DNA of 64,000 nt from IMG/VR virus record IMGVR_UViG_3300045988_129435. The stretch is one strand, 5' to 3'. This document shows, piece by piece, positions 60,003 through 64,000 of this stretch. The translations under genes and the position numbers were made by a program. A model generated the notes under the pieces. It was not told the origin of the DNA. It saw only the letters and a list, made by a program, of their open reading frames with translations, and searched no databases. Source of the DNA: a virus. Position 1 is the stretch's first letter; each line of letters opens with the position of its first letter.

Positions 60003-60461
60003 CTATTTTTTATTTAGTTTATTAACAATACGTTCTATCACCTCTGCATTATCTACTGAAAGCCATTCCTTCGCGACATTCCAAGCTATACTTTTAGATA
60101 CTTTGAAATTGTCAATGCGTGTAGAATGATGCGACAAACGCCCTTCGGTAGGATTCAATCCTTTGTCGTGAAGTTCACATAAACCATTATGGAAGAAAGA
60201 ACAATAATCATCGCCCGATGCAATTTGGATCATAGGAACTGGGAAATCAATAACCCCCATTATCATTCCGGCTCCCCAAAGAGTGGGGAGTAACCGGTCT
60301 GAATAACCCGCATCTATCAATTTCTCAATATCTTGCGGGGTTCCTAAACAAGGAGTATGGCATTGCATTTTGCATAATGAACATTTGCATTCACATGGTT
60401 TTCTACCTGTTTTTCGTATAATACGCTGGAGTTGAGTTTCTTTTATCAATGAATCGCCCAT
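60003..60461 (-). CDS. Cys-rich hypothetical protein (152 aa)
   Basis: CECKCSLCKMQCHTPC cluster. Confidence 0.45.
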   Translation of the reverse strand: MGDSLIKETQLQRIIRKTGRKPCECKCSLCKMQCHTPCLGTPQDIEKLIDAGYSDRLLPTLWGAGMIMGVIDFPVPMIQIASGDDYCSFFHNGLCELHDKGLNPTEGRLSHHSTRIDNFKVSKSIAWNVAKEWLSVDNAEVIERIVNKLNKK

Positions 60462-61147
60462 TATTCTATATCCGCTATTTGGTTAATAATATCGTCCGCC
60501 ATTCTAATACGCTTCTCCATTTCTGCAAAGACCTTTTCGTCTGGTAGTATACGAACAATGTGAATAGGATCTATTTGAAAAGGATTATATACAACAAAAT
60601 CAGTCCAGTTTGCATTACAACACATCATGTGAGCCATACACTGATAAAAGTATTCATATTTTATTTGAAGCAAAGAGTCATTGTCGTATACTTCACTTTT
60701 ATACTTCATGAAAGTATTTTGGGAAGGGCATTTTATCTCAATACATGCCCGTTCTCCCAATTCTTCATCATAAAAGAAGCCATCAGGACTACTTGCAAAG
60801 TTAGGGATAGTGGGGTGCTTACACGACCCCACTTCTACAATATGCCTTCCCGTTAACTTAGAATACAAATCACGTGCATTTGCCTCTTGCTCTGTTCCAA
60901 AACGCATAGCTTTACTTTCTACATTTACAGCAGATAAGTATTCTGTAAATGCAATATCATCATTTACTATTTCAGGATTCATAGCTCGCTCTGCCGCAAC
61001 TTGAAAAATATAACTTTTAGCAGTATCACTAAATATGCCGTTTCTGCTGCTTTTCATAAGTAATCCGACATTTGAACCACTAATTTTGCCTATGCGTTGT
61101 CTAAACCATGAAAGAGAATGCTGACCGTTACCTTCTAATATTTCCAT
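60461..61147 (-). CDS. YqaJ-type (lambda Exo-like) exonuclease
   Basis: SWFRQRIGKISGSNVGLLM...ACIEIKCP. Confidence 0.8.
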   Translation of the reverse strand: MEILEGNGQHSLSWFRQRIGKISGSNVGLLMKSSRNGIFSDTAKSYIFQVAAERAMNPEIVNDDIAFTEYLSAVNVESKAMRFGTEQEANARDLYSKLTGRHIVEVGSCKHPTIPNFASSPDGFFYDEELGERACIEIKCPSQNTFMKYKSEVYDNDSLLQIKYEYFYQCMAHMMCCNANWTDFVVYNPFQIDPIHIVRILPDEKVFAEMEKRIRMADDIINQIADIE

Positions 61148-61914
61148 TATAATAATGTTTTTTGAACCGGTTTATTACTTGTATTATTTTGAGACTGATT
61201 TACCGGTTGTTCCGGTTTAGGTTGCTCTTCCACTCCTGCGGCCTTAGCAGCAATTTCTGCTATTTTTTTACCCTTATCTTCTTTGTCTGTGACATCTTCA
61301 TATTCGGTAAATTTAACTTCTTGCTCTTCTTGTGTATACATTGCACCTAGTTGGGCCGGGAAAGCTTCACGCAATGCTTGGACTTTGGCTATCTTGGAAA
61401 TCATAGTGGATTTTTTTTCATTCCATATAGATTGCTTTTTGTCATATTCGGAAAGATTAACTTTCGCTACAATCGGAAATTTGCGGTCAGATCGGTAAAC
61501 TTCACACCATCCCCCTACAAGTACATCTGTCTTTTCATTATAAAAACAGCCTTCTACCTCTACAATCTGGTTATCTCTAATAATAATGATGCCCGCTTTG
61601 AAGCCTTCGTATTGTTCACTAGCGTCAGCACGTTTGAAAAACGCTTCCTTGCTGACAATCATCTGTGCCGGCTGTTGTCCGAACTTAACAAGAAATGCTT
61701 CGTTCAAGAATGGATTAAGCTGGTTGAATTTACAAATACTAATAAACTGAACAATATCTTGATCAGATACCTGCCCATTACCTTTAGTCAAATAGTTACG
61801 TACAATATCAAATGATAATGCCACGTCGTTACCTGCAACTTGATAAATGGTTTTGCCTTTACCAAACATTGCCAATGCATCATTTTCCTGTTTTGTTAAT
61901 TTGTTTTCTTCCAT
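61147..61914 (-). CDS. recT: RecT-family single-strand annealing protein
   Basis: ISICKFNQLNPFLNEAFLVKFG...ISKIAKVQALREAFP. Confidence 0.8.
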   Translation of the reverse strand: MEENKLTKQENDALAMFGKGKTIYQVAGNDVALSFDIVRNYLTKGNGQVSDQDIVQFISICKFNQLNPFLNEAFLVKFGQQPAQMIVSKEAFFKRADASEQYEGFKAGIIIIRDNQIVEVEGCFYNEKTDVLVGGWCEVYRSDRKFPIVAKVNLSEYDKKQSIWNEKKSTMISKIAKVQALREAFPAQLGAMYTQEEQEVKFTEYEDVTDKEDKGKKIAEIAAKAAGVEEQPKPEQPVNQSQNNTSNKPVQKTLL

Positions 61915-61933
61915 TGCTCTAATATTTTAAAGT

Positions 61934-62194
61934 TTAACAATATCTCGCCAACCCCTGCATTAGACAAAGGTTAGTTCTCTCTTCTTCTAAGCTTTTCTCT
62001 GTATATCCTGATGAAATACCTGAAGAGTATAACTTTAGTCTTTTATTGATTTCTTTTTTGACATCAGATATATCCTCTTTGATAAGCTGGATTATTTCCT
62101 CTTTCCTTGAATATCCATATTCAGGAAGATATTCAAGGTTACTAGATTCCACCTTTTTCAACTCGGCTTCTAATTGCAGTAATTCATCATTCAT
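61934..62194 (-). CDS. hypothetical coiled-coil protein
   Basis: Start moved to MNDELL, whose ATG overlaps the upstream small ORF stop. Confidence 0.45.
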   Translation of the reverse strand: MNDELLQLEAELKKVESSNLEYLPEYGYSRKEEIIQLIKEDISDVKKEINKRLKLYSSGISSGYTEKSLEEERTNLCLMQGLARYC

Positions 62195-62366
62195 GGAATT
62201 CTGATTTGAATGTTTCATACGTAACACCAATAGTGTCAAGTATTTCTCTTAATCTTTTGTTTTCTTTTTCCTTATTTTCAAGAAGACATTGCTCATACAT
62301 TATTTTATATGTAAGTGAAGCCAAGTCTTCATGACTCATTGCTAATAATTCTTCTTTTGTTTTCAT
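62187..62366 (-). CDS. hypothetical protein (59 aa)
   Basis: Hand-found: MKTKEELLAMSHEDLASLTYKIMYEQCLLENKEKENKRLREILDTIGVTYETFKSEFHE; preceded by the 20-nt repeat (19/20 match). Confidence 0.4.
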   Translation of the reverse strand: MKTKEELLAMSHEDLASLTYKIMYEQCLLENKEKENKRLREILDTIGVTYETFKSEFHE

Positions 62367-62383
62367 TGCCCTTATGTACGCTC

Positions 62384-62581
62384 TTATATGTACTTCACTT
62401 TTAGTTTTACATCGACCGGTTTGTCTTTCATTGAAGCAAAAGCATCGAGTATTTTGTTTTTCGTCAATCTGATAGGAATATCTATAATCTCCTTCTCCAC
62501 AATTGTAAGATGTAGTTTTCTTCCACTATACGTTATCAGGGTGATTTCCTGGATTACATACGGATATTTACTCATCTTCAT
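62384..62581 (-). CDS. hypothetical protein (65 aa)
   Basis: Start moved to MKMSKYPYV, overlapping the upstream small ORF stop. Confidence 0.4.
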   Translation of the reverse strand: MKMSKYPYVIQEITLITYSGRKLHLTIVEKEIIDIPIRLTKNKILDAFASMKDKPVDVKLKVKYI

Positions 62582-62732
62582 GCTCAAACCTTTTATTATG
62601 CTTTTCGATATACACTGAGAAATATCCAAATAACCCAAATGAAATCCAAAATGAAATCTTATATGGATCTGCCAATACAACCATTGCAATAAATGACAAA
62701 ACCCAAAGTGTTAATACAAATTCTTTTTTCAT
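62568..62732 (-). CDS. 54-aa membrane peptide
   Basis: Hand-found: MKKEFVLTLWVLSFIAMVVLADPYKISFWISFGLFGYFSVYIEKHNKRFEHEDE. Confidence 0.35.
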   Translation of the reverse strand: MKKEFVLTLWVLSFIAMVVLADPYKISFWISFGLFGYFSVYIEKHNKRFEHEDE

Positions 62733-62847
62733 AACTAACTGATTATCTTTTAATTACAATGTAAAGTTACTTTATTTTTGACTTTAAAGCAAATTATAAA
62801 CTTATAAAAATATTGTCTTTAACTTGATATAACTATTTGATTATCAG

Positions 62848-63054
62848 CTATTTTAAAGATGCGTTTTTGATAACATCATAGGCATTGCAGTACCATCTTC
62901 CATTTTGACGATTAGAGGGTATCTTTTCAGCACGAATACCGCCCGAACCTATCAATTTGAACAAACGTCCTCTACTTCCTACTATTTCTTCAGCTTCACG
63001 TTGGCTAAAAGTTTTATCATTGAGAACTATCTTTAATACATCCTCATTCAACAT
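62848..63054 (-). CDS. hypothetical protein (68 aa)
   Basis: ORF track. Confidence 0.4.
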   Translation of the reverse strand: MLNEDVLKIVLNDKTFSQREAEEIVGSRGRLFKLIGSGGIRAEKIPSNRQNGRWYCNAYDVIKNASLK

Positions 63055-63059
63055 TGTAT

Positions 63060-63614
63060 CTAATCTTTAAAAAGGTTGTTCTTGTGCGCGTATTGAATAA
63101 ACTCTGATTTTTCATGAATACCAAGTTTGATATACACTGACTTAATATGATTTTTTACAGTATGGGGGGAGAGATAGAGTTTTTCTGCAATATCTTCGTT
63201 ATTAGCTCCTTCATATATCATTTTCATAACTCTCATTTCTGCATCTGATATACGACTGTAAAATTGGGGACAGCATATAATACCTTCGTACTTGCATTCT
63301 CCACGCATGGGACATTTTACACGTTCAAAATTGAATCCACCGTTTTTATCAATATCCCGGCTTGTGTTATCCAGTTCTCCAAAATTGCATTTGCAGAAAC
63401 GTCTAACCATAAGGTATTGGAAATATGGGATATTCTGTGCGCTTTTTTGGTAACATTCCATCAGCGCCTTATATGCATCCGGGTAACATTCGCGTATACG
63501 ATCCAATACACTTTTTATTAGTCCTATGTCTTTATCGGTCACAGGTTGGTTGCTTCCATCAGGGAACAGACACCAAAGTTCATCTTCAAATATGTAGAAC
63601 TCTAAATCTTTCAT
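63060..63614 (-). CDS. LuxR/GerE-type HTH regulator with Cys-rich N-terminal domain
   Basis: ISDAEMRVMKMIYEGANNEDIAEKLYLSPHTVKNHIKSVYIKLG; upstream Cys cluster CKCN...CPMRGECKYEGIICC. Confidence 0.75.
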   Translation of the reverse strand: MKDLEFYIFEDELWCLFPDGSNQPVTDKDIGLIKSVLDRIRECYPDAYKALMECYQKSAQNIPYFQYLMVRRFCKCNFGELDNTSRDIDKNGGFNFERVKCPMRGECKYEGIICCPQFYSRISDAEMRVMKMIYEGANNEDIAEKLYLSPHTVKNHIKSVYIKLGIHEKSEFIQYAHKNNLFKD

Positions 63615-63629
63615 TGCTCAATAGTTTTT

Positions 63630-63884
63630 TTATTCAGACCATAAATTATTGCGTGGAATTCCCGTGATTTCGGAAAGTACTGAGATATGTTCAGGATTGT
63701 TGGGTTTCATGCCGTAAATAACCCAATTTCTAGCAGTATTAAACGACACCCCTGTCCTCTTTGTTATCTCATTAATAAACTCCGTCTTGGGATGGACTGA
63801 TTCCGGAAGATTTTTGTAATAGCCTTTTAGGGTCATTGTTTGACCTTCGTGCAGCAAATTGCTTGTTTTTAATCTATTTTCCAT
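63630..63884 (-). CDS. small HTH-like protein (MENRLK...)
   Basis: Start placed at ATG 63882-63884; ITKRTGVSFNTARNWVIYG is an HTH-like segment. Confidence 0.5.
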   Translation of the reverse strand: MENRLKTSNLLHEGQTMTLKGYYKNLPESVHPKTEFINEITKRTGVSFNTARNWVIYGMKPNNPEHISVLSEITGIPRNNLWSE

Positions 63885-63892
63885 TATCTTTG
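63885..63892 (+). promoter_or_regulatory. -7 box TATCTTTG
   Basis: Plus-strand TAnnTTTG 87 nt upstream of ATG 63980. Confidence 0.4.
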
Positions 63893-63917
63893 TATTGTTA
63901 TATATTATATCACATTG

Positions 63918-63925
63918 CAAATATA
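63918..63925 (-). promoter_or_regulatory. -7 box TATATTTG
   Basis: Minus-strand TAnnTTTG 33 nt upstream of ATG 63884. Confidence 0.45.
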
Positions 63926-63979
63926 CCTATTATAGATTAAATACTACTATAAAACAGATATATTTAACTTATTTTAAAC

Positions 63980-64000
63980 ATGGAAAATAGATTAAAATAT
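63980..64000 (+). CDS. 5' end of a divergent gene starting MENRLKY (cut by the window)
   Basis: ATGGAAAATAGATTAAAA is the exact inverted copy of the first 18 nt of the minus-strand gene at 63884. Confidence 0.3.

Noticed and set aside
1-64000. Stop-codon recoding (alternative genetic code), suggested by the in-frame TAA in the Rha gene and the odd tRNA-like genes.
   Set aside because: All large genes (1359, 1349, 896, 879, 741 and 513 aa) are open in the standard code. None of the tRNA-like loops presents a clean UUA/CUA/UCA anticodon in a 7-nt loop. A single nonsense mutation is the simpler explanation.

Overview
The window is one long segment of a tailed (siphovirus-like) phage or prophage. 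Nearly all genes are on the minus strand. The host is probably Bacteroidota: TAnnTTTG -7 promoter boxes recur, and there are BACON-like, DUF4494-like and DUF4177-like proteins. Modules in minus-strand order: early/regulatory and recombination genes (64000 to 46000; LuxR-type regulator, RecT/YqaJ, VRR-NUC, Rha, AntA, three KilA-N genes, and a plus-strand XRE immunity operon with three palindromic operators); DNA-modification genes (46000 to 34700; PAPS-reductase-like, C5-methyltransferase, DUF488, Dam-like methylase, ParB-like); packaging and head (34700 to 21200; terS, terL, portal, MuF, scaffold, capsid); tail (21200 to 3600; tape measure, 879-aa tail protein, collagen-repeat fibre); lysis (3600 to 1380). 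No integrase, CRISPR array or rRNA was seen. The most unusual content is non-coding, and all RNA folds were done by hand: (1) an 800-bp ORF-free gap holding one near-canonical tRNA-Gly-like gene plus three tRNA-like elements with canonical T arms but aberrant bodies, and an orphan cloverleaf (anticodon ACC) between the tail tube and chaperone genes; (2) a 750-bp ORF-free gap between terL and portal, with a phased TGTGTC iteron array and a roughly 400-nt hairpin-rich RNA behind its own promoter; (3) repeated terminator/promoter modules with a shared CGUAUGAAG leader hairpin. Other notable items are two LAGLIDADG inteins (one exactly at the catalytic Cys of the C5-methyltransferase, one in the HPNCRC motif of MuF), an ADP-ribosyltransferase fused to MuF, and a plus-strand nuclease-like cassette inside the tail module.
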